Source: Octopus sinensis
Lineage: Eukaryota
Reading direction: 5' to 3'
Assembly: GCF_006345805.1 (NCBI RefSeq)
Contig: NW_021829458.1
Coordinates: 1 to 6,119, forward strand
Length of the DNA stretch: 6,119 nt
Shown here: piece after piece, positions 5,895 through 6,119 of the stretch
Position numbering within the stretch: the stretch's first letter is position 1
Layout of the letters: every line of letters starts with the position of its first letter
Program-made: the position numbers and the translations under genes
The notes under the pieces: model-generated
What the model was told of the DNA's origin: nothing
Seen by the model: the letters and a program-made list of their open reading frames with translations, nothing else
The model's database searches: none

Positions 5895-6119
5895 TCGGCT
5901 TCTTGGTGAGTGATCTCCCTTTGCAAGATAAAGGACGCCGTGATGGCGTCGGCCAGGCCTATCTGGTGACGTTGATGTTCGCCTGGGGCTAAATGCAACA
6001 GTGACAACCCCCCACCATCCTGCCCTGTCCCTAGCCATATTCGGTTGGCTAATATCCCTTATATTACGGAGCAGTCACTGTCTATATCTCATTTAGAGAA
6101 TTATTATTGCTTATAATAT

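Larger units (their letters stand above)
4768..6111. mobile_element. Tandem and inverted array of a 329/355-bp hammerhead-containing unit; candidate non-LTR retrozyme
   Basis: Minus-sense arm 4768-5232 (period 355: AATATAAGG at 4768 and 5123). Plus-sense arm 5231-6111 (period 329: TGGTATC at 5561 and 5890). Each complete unit has a hammerhead fold. No convincing ORF. Unit homology stops at 6111 before an AT-rich flank. Confidence 0.8.

Noticed and set aside
4795-5992. Short ORFs (61-72 aa) inside the repeat units
   Set aside because: Indels between copies (27/31-bp module, 1-2-nt changes) disrupt the frames freely, while the RNA helices are preserved; no recognisable domain.
4768-6111. Interpretation as a CRISPR array, rDNA/5S or snRNA gene cluster
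   Set aside because: No repeat-spacer structure, and no recognisable rRNA, snRNA or tRNA sequence; units are near-identical along their whole length.

Overview
Eukaryotic, repeat-dominated, apparently non-genic DNA, most likely from a cephalopod (Octopus-like), inferred only from recognising the SINE and the microsatellite load. No intact protein-coding gene is supportable; most listed ORFs are microsatellite translations. Contents: compound microsatellites; a frameshifted 3' end of a HERO-like (restriction-like endonuclease) non-LTR retrotransposon (1177-1450); a tRNA-derived SINE dimer inside an 11-bp target-site duplication (1525-1926); a possible decayed Penelope-like element (PLE) with two inverted, degenerate hammerhead remnants (3227-4159). 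The main result is a 1.34-kb array (4768-6111) of a 329/355-bp unit. Each complete unit carries a minimal type I hammerhead ribozyme with a non-canonical, compensatory U3-A8 core (UUGAUAA) and a palindromic stem III. The monomer folds by eye into a long rod, and the array has a fold-back inversion whose junction is about 4-6 nt from the predicted cleavage site. This fits a non-LTR retrozyme (ribozyme-bearing circRNA retroelement). All structure calls were made by eye, with no folding program or database search.
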